The notes: generated from the sequence alone by a model not told the origin. A stretch of 63,488 nucleotides of DNA from a virus (IMGVR_UViG_3300032144_000008:1-63488), one strand, 5' to 3'; numbered from the stretch's first letter, positions 36,101 through 44,701 are shown. Program-made: numbers and translations.

Positions 36101-36403
36101 CACTTGACCAAGGAACAGTACAACTTTCTCAACTTCGACTTTGAGGACGAAACCGACAGCGTGATTGTGCGCGTCAGCTACAAGTTGTATCCGCAGTACA
36201 AGGAATGGATCTGGAACATCAAGGCCGACGACGTGTTGGGGGTGCGCGCCTCGATGAATGGAACGATGCGTATGGCGTTTGCCACCCATGTGGTCAACCT
36301 GACAGAAATGGGCAAGCGCATCCGGGCCAAGCAACCGCTGACTAAAATTGAGCAGGAGTTCTTCAAGGGCCGAGAACGTAAATTCAAAAGGAGATTCGCA
36401 TGA
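33152..36403 (+). CDS. dnaE: DNA polymerase III alpha subunit (DnaE-type, PHP domain intact)
   Basis: FVHLHTHCEYSFLDG...AITDHGNV (PHP). 1083 aa, with polymerase-core motifs such as LKIDVLGLTALT and IYQEQVMQ. Confidence 0.9.
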   Translation: MSDPFVHLHTHCEYSFLDGFGHPHQFVERAKTLGQKAIAITDHGNVSAHKRWYDACVAAGIKPILGVEAYVVDNSTKREQRHSWHITLLAKTLEGYRNILKVVTQSWDGGFYYKPRTDWEILKAHSKGVVATSGCPGGRVGYGVIKEGWSNKQVAAELKRQAGIFEDYFVEVSPWQYPDGVKVAQHVYDSAQAEGLPLVLTMDAHYPAPEDAHKQDVMLCIQNDAQFNDPNRMRFTQQDFCINSGGEMAQKWEAIHGVRLPMLDEMIFNTRKIADSVGFDFPNATPLEFPHQGDKKVLLHQLCEQGLKRRKLKGPVYRKRLDHEFELVLSKNFVDYFLIVADLIVWAKEHDILVGAARGSSCGSLMCYLLRITEIDPLVHDLIFERFIDVTRKDLPDIDIDFEAERRHEVKEYMAAKYGADKVANLATFGTFKGRLCLQDIGRVFSDRIPVQAVEEVKRLIVQRSSADSRAGFTMEDTFVNFDQAAEWLKKYPELGLAKHLEGQIRQLGVHAAGVVVSNEPISNFAAMYVTKNKDRVISMDYSDVSSVGLLKIDVLGLTALTVAKRTLELIKQRHKKEIDLSVLPLDDAEVYKNFCKRNLQGIFQFEGASTRQVCRQVQPDSFKEITAVNALSRPGPLHSGGTTSYVARRQGHEKIVPLHPLLEEVTRDTYGITIYQEQVMQAVRIMGKFDWSGIATVRKMMSKKWGDEAFAKLQDQFVAGATSQGVKTDDAILVWKNICTFGSWAFNKAHSVAYSVMAYQLMWLKTHYTSEFYAGVISCEDDAEKQRRMFKEYSSTGFKLAPVCINQSGKTVGCDQDGLRLGMDAVVGLGEKTTDTIVANRPFKSYPDFTKRCKIPKGQADKLLKIGAFRNLDFDLLTEQQDLFGAHLAKTDTFDYRHPSEKDLREFCPLQAEGKTYIKWREWVAKKATGKLWLIRDLDDISERTEILLIGCTNPSTSFNAKNKQEESASRGNTWEPKEDERHLTKEQYNFLNFDFEDETDSVIVRVSYKLYPQYKEWIWNIKADDVLGVRASMNGTMRMAFATHVVNLTEMGKRIRAKQPLTKIEQEFFKGRERKFKRRFA

Positions 36404-36741
36404 CCGAAGTTTACCCACAGGCTCCGGGTTGGAAGACCGACAGACCCGAGACGAGCAAACAGGCTGCCAAGGCCATCAAGAGCCGGGCGGACACGTTACG
36501 AGAATTGGTGTTGGAAAAATACCGGCTGGGATCGGCTACTGCCGACGAGATTGCCGCCAAGTTGGGCGAGAGCGTGTTGACAATTCGCCCACGGGTGGCG
36601 GAGTTGCACAAGCAAGGCAAGTTGGTGGACACCGGGGTGCGACGCCCTAACGAGAGCGGTCACAGCGCCACAGTTTGGCGTTTGGAAGACGAGCGGGTGA
36701 AAAAAGCCTTTCCTAACGGTCAGCAATCAACGATGTTTTAA
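36400..36741 (+). CDS. winged-helix DNA-binding protein
   Basis: GSATADEIAAKLGESVLTIRPRVAELHKQGKLV is wHTH-like (MarR/ArsR style). Confidence 0.55.
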   Translation: MTEVYPQAPGWKTDRPETSKQAAKAIKSRADTLRELVLEKYRLGSATADEIAAKLGESVLTIRPRVAELHKQGKLVDTGVRRPNESGHSATVWRLEDERVKKAFPNGQQSTMF

Positions 36742-36744
36742 GAC

Positions 36745-37194
36745 ATGGCAAGCCTGCCCAACAACCCAAGTGAGACGTTGCGGAAATTGAATCCGCACTT
36801 GTACGGCACCAACCTTGTGGTGCGTGGGGACGAGGTGCATTTGCGAAAGATTGGAGCATTGCTGCCGTGTCAAGGCAAACGTCTGCGCCAAGACCCCAAG
36901 CCGCTAATGAACAAGTTGGAGCAAGACCTGTTCAATTATTTGAGCCGGTTGTATCCGAAGGTCAAGCTGCACGCCCAAGCCAAACGCTTCCGGTTGGCCA
37001 ACGGGCTGTGGTACAAGCCGGACCTGACGGCGGTGCTGGACGGGCAGGAGACTGCTTGGGAGGCCAAAGGACCACACGCCTTCAGGGGTGGGTTTGAGAA
37101 TCTCAAGTTTGCGGCCGCTGCTTGGCCGGAAGTGAATTGGATTTTGATGTGGAAGAACGACGACGGTTGGCGGAGTCAGAAAATATTGCCATGA
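36745..37194 (+). CDS. PD-(D/E)XK nuclease (DUF1064-like, possible Holliday-junction resolvase)
   Basis: NKLEQDLFNYL...WYKPDLTAVLDGQETAWEAKG matches the S.lE....L...Y.PDF....iEvKG pattern. Confidence 0.55.
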   Translation: MASLPNNPSETLRKLNPHLYGTNLVVRGDEVHLRKIGALLPCQGKRLRQDPKPLMNKLEQDLFNYLSRLYPKVKLHAQAKRFRLANGLWYKPDLTAVLDGQETAWEAKGPHAFRGGFENLKFAAAAWPEVNWILMWKNDDGWRSQKILP

Positions 37195-37358
37195 AAAGTG
37201 AATCGGAAAAGAAGTTGATCAGCCGGGCCATGAGCATCATCGGTTCAATCGTCACCAAGCGCAAGCGGGAACACGCTGCGTCCATCGCTCACCTAGGGGG
37301 CAAGGCGCGTTGGAAGGACCACATCAAAAAGCCCCGAAAGCTCAAGAAACTGGCGTGA
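37191..37358 (+). CDS. small basic protein (55 aa)
   Basis: ATGA overlap. Internal ATG of track ORF 37122. Confidence 0.45.
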   Translation: MKSESEKKLISRAMSIIGSIVTKRKREHAASIAHLGGKARWKDHIKKPRKLKKLA

Positions 37359-37369
37359 AAATAGCGGGC

Positions 37370-37473
37370 TGAAAATAGTTGAAGAAAAAGCTTTTCTTTT
37401 GCCCAACCGTCAGGCATAGTCAAGTTACGGTTGAGGGCGAAGAGTCCGAAGCCGAAGAAAGAACGCTAAAATG
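37370..37473 (+). promoter_or_regulatory. copy 4 of the four-copy promoter/leader repeat
   Basis: Contains tgaaaatagttgaagaaaaagcttttcttttgcccaaccgtcaggca...gaaagaacgctaaaATGaa. An extra tgaaaatag lies at 37356. Confidence 0.6.
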
Positions 37474-38232
37474 AAAGTCGAAAAATCCTCCAAAGAATGT
37501 GCCGAGTTCAACGCCAACCCGAACAACCAAGGCGCGATTGCCGCTGGCCTGATGGAAGCCTGGGAGCCGTCTGACCGGATTCTAGCTGGCGAAAAGATTC
37601 AGGCCGAACGCGAAGCAGCCGGGTTCAAATTGGCGCAAGACGCCAAAGCGGTTTTGACGATGATTGGCGCTGTTGGCGGCGAACGCCGGGGCAAGGTGGG
37701 TGATGTTGACGTTGAAATTGATGACGTGCGGGCCAGCACTCGGTCTTACTATTCCAGCAGCGTTTCTGGCTGGAGACTTTACATCGGCGACCGTTACGGC
37801 AGCCAAAAGGGTAGTTGGGTCGGAATCGGTGACGGCGCAACGCTCGGCATCAACACCAAGCAGCTGGTCAAGGCGCAAGCGAAGATCAAGGAAGAACAAG
37901 ACCGGATTGACGCCAAGAAAGCGGCAGCAGCGGTTAAGCAGAACGTCCAGCAGCGCACGGAAGCCTTCATCAAGGACAATGCTGAGTTCTGCAAGCTGGT
38001 TGGCCACACCACCTACGACAGCGGCGAAACCTACTACTACGGCAGCGGTTGTGATCGCCGGGCGTCCTACCACACCGCGTTCCTGGTCAACGAAGACGGC
38101 TCAGTCAAGATCGGTGGCGAAACCTTCACAGTGTCGCAGTGGGTGGAAATCTTCACGCTCCGCACCGCGCAGGCCGAAGCGATGAAGGCATTGAAGGAAT
38201 CTTTCAAGGTTCAACAAGCTGTGGCCGCATGA
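37471..38232 (+). CDS. hypothetical protein (first gene after repeat copy 4)
   Basis: The ATG lies in the conserved leader. 253 aa. Confidence 0.6.
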   Translation: MKVEKSSKECAEFNANPNNQGAIAAGLMEAWEPSDRILAGEKIQAEREAAGFKLAQDAKAVLTMIGAVGGERRGKVGDVDVEIDDVRASTRSYYSSSVSGWRLYIGDRYGSQKGSWVGIGDGATLGINTKQLVKAQAKIKEEQDRIDAKKAAAAVKQNVQQRTEAFIKDNAEFCKLVGHTTYDSGETYYYGSGCDRRASYHTAFLVNEDGSVKIGGETFTVSQWVEIFTLRTAQAEAMKALKESFKVQQAVAA

Positions 38233-38315
38233 AACAATTCACCCTCATTTGGTTCAAAACCTTCGCTGTTGCCGCCTTCATTTGGGCGGCAGCGGCCATT
38301 TGGAGCAGGCTGTGA
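38229..38315 (+). CDS. 28-aa hydrophobic mini-protein (absent from the ORF track)
   Basis: ATGA overlap at its start and GTGA overlap at its stop. Translation MKQFTLIWFKTFAVAAFIWAAAAIWSRL, a single TM-like helix. Confidence 0.35.
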   Translation: MKQFTLIWFKTFAVAAFIWAAAAIWSRL

Positions 38316-38476
38316 GAGAACTTTGCGACATTCCGAACCAGCCGCACTTCCGGTTGATGGTTGTCCTCAAAGACGGGCGCAAGGTCAAGACCAAGGTGCG
38401 CCGCAACAACGTTACCGGATTCCACACCTTGATCGGGGTGAGAATCAAAGACGCCGCTGGCTGGGAGAAATTATGA
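38312..38476 (+). CDS. hypothetical small protein
   Basis: GTG at 38312 is in frame with track ORF 38249 and overlaps the mini-ORF stop. ATG at 38357 is an alternative start. Confidence 0.4.
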   Translation: MRELCDIPNQPHFRLMVVLKDGRKVKTKVRRNNVTGFHTLIGVRIKDAAGWEKL

Positions 38477-39039
38477 AAGCACTCGTTTACGATTTGGAAA
38501 TCATCAACGCTGTCCCCGGACGCGACAAACCCATTGAGGGCATCAAGTATTGCGAAGGCTGGCACGACCACAAGGGCATGGGCATCAGCGTGATTGGGGC
38601 GTTTGACTATTCAACGCAACGTTATCGGGTGTTCTTGGAAGACAACTTCACTGACTTCATTCTGCTGGCTCGCAACACAGATTTATTGGTCACATTCAGC
38701 GGTCTTGGTTTTGACAACAAGGTGGTGGAGGCTTGCATCGGGCCACTGACCACAGACACCAAAAATTACGACCTGCTTTTGGAAATGATGAATGCGGCTG
38801 ACGGCAGCCGAAAGGGAATGAGCCTGGATGCCACCGCCAGCGCCAATCTTAAGGCGGGCAAATCGGGCGACGGGGCATTGGCTCCTGTTAATTGGCAGGA
38901 GAACCGTCGGGGCAGCGTGATTGATTATTGCTTGGAGGATGTGCGGCTGACCAAGCTGCTGTTTGACCGGGTGCGCCACACAGGCGGGCTGCGTGATCCG
39001 CGTGACCCCAGCCGATTCTTGGAGATGCGAAAGCCATGA
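38473..39039 (+). CDS. DnaQ/DEDD-family 3'-5' exonuclease (stand-alone proofreading candidate)
   Basis: VYDLEIIN (Exo I), FSGLGFDNKV (Exo II) and VIDYCLEDV (Exo III, DEDDy type). ATGA overlap. Confidence 0.7.
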   Translation: MKALVYDLEIINAVPGRDKPIEGIKYCEGWHDHKGMGISVIGAFDYSTQRYRVFLEDNFTDFILLARNTDLLVTFSGLGFDNKVVEACIGPLTTDTKNYDLLLEMMNAADGSRKGMSLDATASANLKAGKSGDGALAPVNWQENRRGSVIDYCLEDVRLTKLLFDRVRHTGGLRDPRDPSRFLEMRKP

Positions 39040-39422
39040 AGAAACGCCACATTATTTACCACGACTTGACCACAGAAGAGGGCCGGCAGGCGTTCATCCA
39101 GGCTTACCGGGCCAAGCATGGGTTGAACCCGGTCTCTATAATGCTAGAAAAGGCCTCGCCCGTGGCTTTTAAGCCACTTTTGCCGGCGGAACGGGGAAAG
39201 CTAGGGGTTTGCGCCTCGACGCTCCTAGAGGCGTTCAAGGCCATTCCCTTCCCAGGAAGCTTCAAGCTAGGACCCAAACAACGCCTGCACCGTTGGTTGT
39301 GCGACGAGTGTGGCTTTTGGCACGGCCAAGTCATCAACCCCAACGAAGACAATCTGCCACCCAACGAACCGGGCTGGGACGTGCTGGTGGCCACCAAGCC
39401 CAAACACCCCAAGAAGAAATGA
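39036..39422 (+). CDS. hypothetical protein
   Basis: ATGA overlap. 128 aa. Confidence 0.55.
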   Translation: MKKRHIIYHDLTTEEGRQAFIQAYRAKHGLNPVSIMLEKASPVAFKPLLPAERGKLGVCASTLLEAFKAIPFPGSFKLGPKQRLHRWLCDECGFWHGQVINPNEDNLPPNEPGWDVLVATKPKHPKKK

Positions 39423-39991
39423 ACTCAGCAATGCTCGCGGCAGACCTTGTCAAGCGGATCCCAGACCTCGCCCAAGACAACGTCGAGAACCGTTTCAACG
39501 TAGTGCTCAATTTGATTGAGGCAGAGCGAAAGCGTCAACCCGTCACGCCGCGCCAAGTCCTGACGACCGACCAGTTGTTTGAATTGCGTTGTTTGAAGGA
39601 TTGGCTGATTCGACAACGCAACCAAGAACACGACGGCGCTTTGGCCCGGATCACCCAGCGCCGACATCAGCGCATCCGGCGTCAACAACCCACAACCACG
39701 AAAGGCAAAACGAGTAATCGAAAATCTAAACGGTCGGCAGGCAGAAAAGCCAAGCCGGATTCGCTGCATGGAGTGTTAGCCAGCACGTCGTATCATCTGC
39801 TGGCTAAATACGGCAACCACAAGCGTCCCGTCGGAACATTCGAGGCCGGACGGCGCACGCCGGCAGAAGTTGCGCGGTGGATCGAGCGCGAACTAAAGCA
39901 CGGCCCGACTCAAATCGTGGTGACGCGAGTGCTGGCTAACGCCGCACTAAGCCAAGCGGCGACAACCCAAAAGGACACCAATGCCAAGTGA
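39419..39991 (+). CDS. hypothetical basic protein
   Basis: ATGA overlap. Internal ATG of track ORF 39209. Confidence 0.5.
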   Translation: MNSAMLAADLVKRIPDLAQDNVENRFNVVLNLIEAERKRQPVTPRQVLTTDQLFELRCLKDWLIRQRNQEHDGALARITQRRHQRIRRQQPTTTKGKTSNRKSKRSAGRKAKPDSLHGVLASTSYHLLAKYGNHKRPVGTFEAGRRTPAEVARWIERELKHGPTQIVVTRVLANAALSQAATTQKDTNAK

Positions 39992-40337
39992 CTCTCAACC
40001 GCCAAGCGATCCCGCTTTGGCTTCAGTAAGTGGTTCTCCTGCGCCGATTGCGAAAGGCATGGGACAAAGTGACCGCTGCCGATTCTGCGGCGAGTTCTAC
40101 GAGAAAGCAAAACCGTGGATATGCCCAGGTTGCTGGGAAACGGTAAAAGCTGTGATCGCGGAATACCCCGATGAACTCCTGAAGCCTGCGCTGGAGAACG
40201 ACCAAGCTCACCCCACTGCCGCTGGCGGGACGGGTGGAGCGCAGAGCGGGGCGCTCCCGCAGTCGCTTGCAGCCGGTGGTTTGGCGTCCGGGCGGCGCAC
40301 TACGGGTTCGGCATCTCGGTCGAAAAACTCAAAATGA
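39981..40337 (+). CDS. hypothetical CxxC..CxxC protein
   Basis: Contains CRFCGEFYEKAKPWICPGC. Confidence 0.5.
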   Translation: MPSDSQPPSDPALASVSGSPAPIAKGMGQSDRCRFCGEFYEKAKPWICPGCWETVKAVIAEYPDELLKPALENDQAHPTAAGGTGGAQSGALPQSLAAGGLASGRRTTGSASRSKNSK

Positions 40338-40588
40338 AAATCAAAGAAATCACATTCGAGATGGGCAACGACTTCGCAGCCGTGATGGAGTGCGAACACT
40401 GCCACTCCACGCAAAAGCTGTCCTCTGGATACCATGACAACTTCTATCACACGCGAGTCATCCCGGCGATGACCTGCAAAACATGCGGCAAAACCCGCGA
40501 CGGCATCGTGCCGGAAACCGCGAATAACACGGCACGCTCACTGTGGCCGAACGACCAAGCTATGCTGCGGCATGGCGACCCAAAATGA
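40334..40588 (+). CDS. zinc-ribbon-like small protein
   Basis: Contains CEHC ... CKTC. ATGA overlap. Confidence 0.5.
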   Translation: MKIKEITFEMGNDFAAVMECEHCHSTQKLSSGYHDNFYHTRVIPAMTCKTCGKTRDGIVPETANNTARSLWPNDQAMLRHGDPK

Positions 40589-40992
40589 ACGATGCGACCC
40601 TAATCATTGAGCAGCCCAGCGCGTTGCCGTCAGCAGCAGCGACTGGTTCGGCGATACGTCCACACGAGGAACAAACACCGCTAGAAAGGGTGCTTAGATG
40701 CCACCTGTGGTATCCGAACGACATACTGGCTCGTGGTGCGAAAGAACTGCCCAAATGCGTAAAGGCTAAGGAATACAGGCAAGCAGCCGACTGGCAGGAA
40801 CTCATGCGAAAAGCTGAGTCTGAACTCAAAGACTGGACATACATCCTAGAGCTTTACGAACAAGAGCGGGTAATCGCTAAACTTGTTGTTTCTTATGCAC
40901 AACAATGTAAGGAGCTGCTCGCCCGCTTCAACGCCATGAAAGAAGAACAAAATGCCCCGCGCCCACGACAACCTAATCGGAATGCTAGCTAA
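40585..40992 (+). CDS. hypothetical protein
   Basis: ATGA overlap. Internal ATG of track ORF 40543. Confidence 0.5.
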   Translation: MNDATLIIEQPSALPSAAATGSAIRPHEEQTPLERVLRCHLWYPNDILARGAKELPKCVKAKEYRQAADWQELMRKAESELKDWTYILELYEQERVIAKLVVSYAQQCKELLARFNAMKEEQNAPRPRQPNRNAS

Positions 40993-41128
40993 TGACATTC
41001 GCCAGCAGCAACGGGTGGAAACCCACGCCCGAGACGTGGTGGAACGCCTGTTGGTGAAAAGCCAACCTGCATCCTTAACACGAATTACCTTTCCTTCCCC
41101 ATCAAAAAGAGCGAAAAACAAACCGTGA
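40952..41128 (+). CDS. possible 58-aa ORF bridging to terS (absent from the ORF track)
   Basis: Translation MPRAHDNLIGMLANDIRQQQRVETHARDVVERLLVKSQPASLTRITFPSPSKRAKNKP. Its stop overlaps the terS GTG (GTGA). It overlaps the upstream gene by 41 nt, so it is uncertain. Confidence 0.25.
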   Translation: MPRAHDNLIGMLANDIRQQQRVETHARDVVERLLVKSQPASLTRITFPSPSKRAKNKP

Positions 41129-41625
41129 GTCTGGCCACCACCAACGGGCACCCCAAGCGCAAAGTCCGCAAAAGCCGAGCCGGCAACAAAAGCAAACTGA
41201 CTGCGGCCTTCATTGGCAGCGTTCAGAAATTGGCTGCCCAAGGACTCAACCAACGTCAAATTGCCACCATCCTCAACGTAGGTGTTTCCACCATAAGCAT
41301 TTGGAAATCCAAGAAGGGCGGCCTAGAGGCAAAATTTCAAAACGCTTTACAAAAGGGTGAGGCGGAAGGCATTCGCAGAAGGCTGGCTCGCATTGAGAAG
41401 GCAGGCATCAAAGGCAGCTGGCAAGCGGACGCCTGGCTGTTGGAACGGCGCAACCCAGACCAATTCGGGCGCAACGATCGGATGCGGGTGAGCGATGTGG
41501 ATGGCAACCCAATTGCTGGCACCACGGTAATTGCTCCCACCGTGGTATTCATCCAGCCCAAGAAGGATGAGTTGAGCGAGCCAATTGAAGTGGGGCAGAT
41601 TGAGAATGGGCACCCGTCGTCATGA
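41125..41625 (+). CDS. terS: terminase small subunit (HTH-containing)
   Basis: GLNQRQIATILNVGVSTISIWK is an HTH. Lies directly upstream of terL and is coupled to it. Confidence 0.6.
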   Translation: MSLATTNGHPKRKVRKSRAGNKSKLTAAFIGSVQKLAAQGLNQRQIATILNVGVSTISIWKSKKGGLEAKFQNALQKGEAEGIRRRLARIEKAGIKGSWQADAWLLERRNPDQFGRNDRMRVSDVDGNPIAGTTVIAPTVVFIQPKKDELSEPIEVGQIENGHPSS

Positions 41626-43079
41626 ACGAGCAGGTCAAATTCACTCCCCAGCCCAAGCAGGCGTTGTTTCTTCAGAGCAATGCTGACATCACCATATTTG
41701 GAGGCGCAGCGGGTGGGGGCAAGACCTGGGGTTTGTTGTATGAGCCGTTGTACCACATCAAGAATGAGAACTTTGGCGGGGTGATCTTTCGGCGCACCTA
41801 TCCCCAGATCACGGTGGAAGGCGGGTTGTGGGACGAGAGCGACCGGCTGTATCCGTTTACGGGCGCTACCTCCACCAAGGGCTCATTACGTTGGGCGTTC
41901 CCCAGTGGCGCAACGATGGTGTTTCGCAGCATGGAGAATGAGGATGACTGTCGCAACTTTGACGGCTCGCAAATTCCTTACATCGGCTTTGATCAGTTGG
42001 AGAGCTTCACGCCCAAGCAGTTTTGGTACATGCTCAGCCGCAACCGTTCTACCTGTGGCATTCGGCCGTACATTCGGGCCAGTTGCAATCCGCAACCGGG
42101 CTGGCTGGCGGATTTGATTCAGTGGTGGTGGGATCCGGAAACGGGCTATGCCATTCCGGAACGCAGCGGGGTGGTGCGCTGGTTTGTGAGAATTGGGGAT
42201 GGCATCCGTTGGTATGCCACCCGTCAGGAGGCAGCCAAGAAACACCCGTCCGTGCCGGCCAAGAGCTTCACCTTTATCTTCAGCAAGCTGGAGGACAACC
42301 AGGTGTTGATGAAGGCAGACCCGGGCTACCTGGCCAACCTGATGGCGTTGCCGTTGGTGGACCGCGAACGGCTGCTGGGTGGCAACTGGAAGATTTCCGT
42401 GGCGGGCAACATCTTTAAACGGGAATGGTGGAAGTTTGTGGACGCGCCACCAGCGGGAATCTACAACTGGTGTCGTTATTGGGACCTGGCCGCCACTGTG
42501 CCGACCGATGGCAAAGAGCCAGACTGGACCGCAGGTGCCAAGCTGGGCGAATTGAACGGGGACATTTACATTGCGGACGTGGTGCACTTCCAAGGCTCAT
42601 CGCTGACCAACGAACGCACCATCAAGGCCACTGCCGAGTTGGACGGGCCAGCCGTGGCGGTGCGCATGGAGCAGGAAGGCGGGGCGAGCGGCAAGAGCCT
42701 GAGTGGAGACGAGGGCCATTACGCTCGTAACATCCTTGTCGGTTACGACTTCTCAGGTGTGCCCAGCAGCAAGAAGAAATTGTTGCGCTGGGCACCATTG
42801 AGCGCAGCGGCGGAAAAGGGCAGGGTGTTCTTGGTCAAAGGTCGTTGGAATCAGGACTTCGTGGATGAGTTGGAAGGCTGCAAGGGAGACGACGAGAAGA
42901 ACGACCAGGCCGACGCTGCTAGCGGGGCACTGGAGGCGTTACGTGTGCCGACCGGAGCTTGGGACGCCCATGCGATTCAAGTCGCCTCCACGGGCTACCA
43001 GCGACCAATGGGCGTGCCGGGCAGCCTTGACCCAACAACGTATGACCCGATGGCGGAAACGGTGGACGCAACGGAGTGA
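41622..43079 (+). CDS. terL: terminase large subunit
   Basis: Walker A FGGAAGGGKTW. 485 aa, with a C-terminal nuclease-like acidic region. ATGA overlap with terS. Confidence 0.9.
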   Translation: MNEQVKFTPQPKQALFLQSNADITIFGGAAGGGKTWGLLYEPLYHIKNENFGGVIFRRTYPQITVEGGLWDESDRLYPFTGATSTKGSLRWAFPSGATMVFRSMENEDDCRNFDGSQIPYIGFDQLESFTPKQFWYMLSRNRSTCGIRPYIRASCNPQPGWLADLIQWWWDPETGYAIPERSGVVRWFVRIGDGIRWYATRQEAAKKHPSVPAKSFTFIFSKLEDNQVLMKADPGYLANLMALPLVDRERLLGGNWKISVAGNIFKREWWKFVDAPPAGIYNWCRYWDLAATVPTDGKEPDWTAGAKLGELNGDIYIADVVHFQGSSLTNERTIKATAELDGPAVAVRMEQEGGASGKSLSGDEGHYARNILVGYDFSGVPSSKKKLLRWAPLSAAAEKGRVFLVKGRWNQDFVDELEGCKGDDEKNDQADAASGALEALRVPTGAWDAHAIQVASTGYQRPMGVPGSLDPTTYDPMAETVDATE

Positions 43080-43082
43080 ATT

Positions 43083-43346
43083 ATGATCAAGCCGCTTGAA
43101 AAGCATTCGGTAGGCCCAAAGCCCCGATCCGTGGTGGAAAACGCTGCAGTGGCCACGCTCGGCACGGCAAACGGTGCTCCTGAGCCCATTCAACCGTGCT
43201 GTTCCTGCCGTTGGGCGGTGCAAACCAAGGAATTGTTACGTTGCCATCTGAATCCACCCCAGGTGCGCATGCCCTACGACAACATGGCGGCCTGGCCGGT
43301 GGTGCCCAGCCGAGGTGGCGGTTGTTCATCGCACGCCACATCATGA
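43083..43346 (+). CDS. small Cys-rich protein (87 aa), first gene of the accessory cassette
   Basis: Contains PCCSCRW..RCH...GGGC. No recognised family. Confidence 0.45.
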   Translation: MIKPLEKHSVGPKPRSVVENAAVATLGTANGAPEPIQPCCSCRWAVQTKELLRCHLNPPQVRMPYDNMAAWPVVPSRGGGCSSHATS

Positions 43347-44023
43347 AGACCGCCGTTTTCCATCTCGTCCGCGAGCCGGGGGAGTCTGAGGATTTCCTGG
43401 CAAGTTATTTTGAGCACTTGAGCGGGGCGGACCACGAACTGTTTCCCGTGCTCAAGGGCGGGGCGTCCGCACCCGTGCCGGGTTTCCGCCAGTTTCGCGT
43501 GAATGATTTTGGACGGTCGTTGCACGCCTTTGGCAAGGCGTTGCGGCGGGTGGACCTGGAGGGGTTTGACACTGTTTGTTTTCTCAATTCCTTTTCGCGC
43601 ATCGCTTGTGATGGCTGGCTGGACCGATTGGTGAGCACAGCACGACGGCCGGAAGTTGGCATGGCGGGTTGCACGGCCAGTTTGGAAAGCTTTCTGGGCA
43701 ACAAGCCCGCGCTGTGGCGGTCGCTGTTGTTTCCGCCCTGGCCAAATCCACATCTGCGCACGAACGCGATCTGTCTGCGCATGGAGGTGGCACGAAAGTA
43801 TTGGCCTCGGTTCGCCTTCAACAAGCCGCTGGAACATGTCTCTGAATCTGGCTGGTGGGGTTTGACAAATCGTCTGCGGGTGGCAGGGCTTGATTGTGTG
43901 GTGGTCAACGCTACCAGCGAGCACACTCTCAGTGCGGATCGGCAAAGCTTTGAGTCGCCATGCTTTCGTGAAGGCTGGCCCACGATGGTTACGGACAATC
44001 GCCGAAAGGGAACATGCGAATGA
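43343..44023 (+). CDS. hypothetical protein, weakly glycosyltransferase (GT-A)-like
   Basis: ATGA overlap. FDTVCFLNSFSRIACDGWLDRLV resembles the GT2 pattern ..flnnD....gWl..l, but no DxD motif was seen. Confidence 0.55.
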   Translation: MKTAVFHLVREPGESEDFLASYFEHLSGADHELFPVLKGGASAPVPGFRQFRVNDFGRSLHAFGKALRRVDLEGFDTVCFLNSFSRIACDGWLDRLVSTARRPEVGMAGCTASLESFLGNKPALWRSLLFPPWPNPHLRTNAICLRMEVARKYWPRFAFNKPLEHVSESGWWGLTNRLRVAGLDCVVVNATSEHTLSADRQSFESPCFREGWPTMVTDNRRKGTCE

Positions 44024-44196
44024 CGCACGATCAGTCTCCGTTTGTTGCCGATGACCTGAAATGGCGTTGGTGGCATTGGCCGGTGGCAGCCCTGGTGTTC
44101 ATTCCGGTGGCGGTTGGGATTGTCTTCTTCATTGCGCTGGTCCTGGTATCAGGCATTAACGATTGGTGGCAAGACCGACGGAAAGACAAGTTGTGA
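44020..44196 (+). CDS. single-TM membrane protein
   Basis: ATGA overlap (alternative ATG at 44014). Contains WPVAALVFIPVAVGIVFFIALVLVSGI. Confidence 0.5.
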   Translation: MTHDQSPFVADDLKWRWWHWPVAALVFIPVAVGIVFFIALVLVSGINDWWQDRRKDKL

Positions 44197-44699
44197 GCTC
44201 ACGAATGAGTTTCTGTTTGGCGGTGGCGCTGATCGTTGCTGCGTTGGTCTGGTTGTTTGCCGAAGCGTTGCACCCCGATCATGTTGTGTTCTCCAATGAC
44301 GGTCCGTTGGGGGCATTGCAATCACAGCAGTCTCAAACCTTTGGCCCAATTTGGGCAGACCTGAATTGGTTGGGGCGCTCTGAGCCAGCTTGGTCGGCTT
44401 CCGGTATCACTGGAGGTTTCCGAGCGTTGATGCTTTGCCGCAACCTAGCAATAGGCACGGTTCTGCTTTGTATGATTGGCTGGCCGTTAGCTTATTGGTG
44501 GACTGGGCGTGGCGTCTTGAAGGGGATTGAGATTGGACTGCTGGCTTGTTGGTGTCAGCTGATTGGCTTCGGCTTGGTCTTGGCCTTGTTGCACTTCCTG
44601 ACCGGCAACCCGGAATATCTCGGCGCGTCCTTCGGCTTGTTGAGCTTTGCATTCATGGTAGGTTTTGGCTTTCTGCCGCCTGCTCCGGATCCTCACTAA
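44193..44699 (+). CDS. four-TM integral membrane protein
   Basis: GTG start in a GTGA overlap (alternative ATG at 44205). Four hydrophobic segments. Confidence 0.55.
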   Translation: MSSRMSFCLAVALIVAALVWLFAEALHPDHVVFSNDGPLGALQSQQSQTFGPIWADLNWLGRSEPAWSASGITGGFRALMLCRNLAIGTVLLCMIGWPLAYWWTGRGVLKGIEIGLLACWCQLIGFGLVLALLHFLTGNPEYLGASFGLLSFAFMVGFGFLPPAPDPH

Positions 44700-44701
44700 T
44701 T

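Noticed and set aside
14902-37473. The four ~100-nt repeats as a CRISPR array, MITEs or terminal inverted repeats of a mobile element
   Set aside because: The copies are 3.6 to 9.4 kb apart, all in the same orientation, and lack spacer-like periodicity and terminal inverted repeats. Each ends precisely at a start codon. A promoter/leader function fits better.
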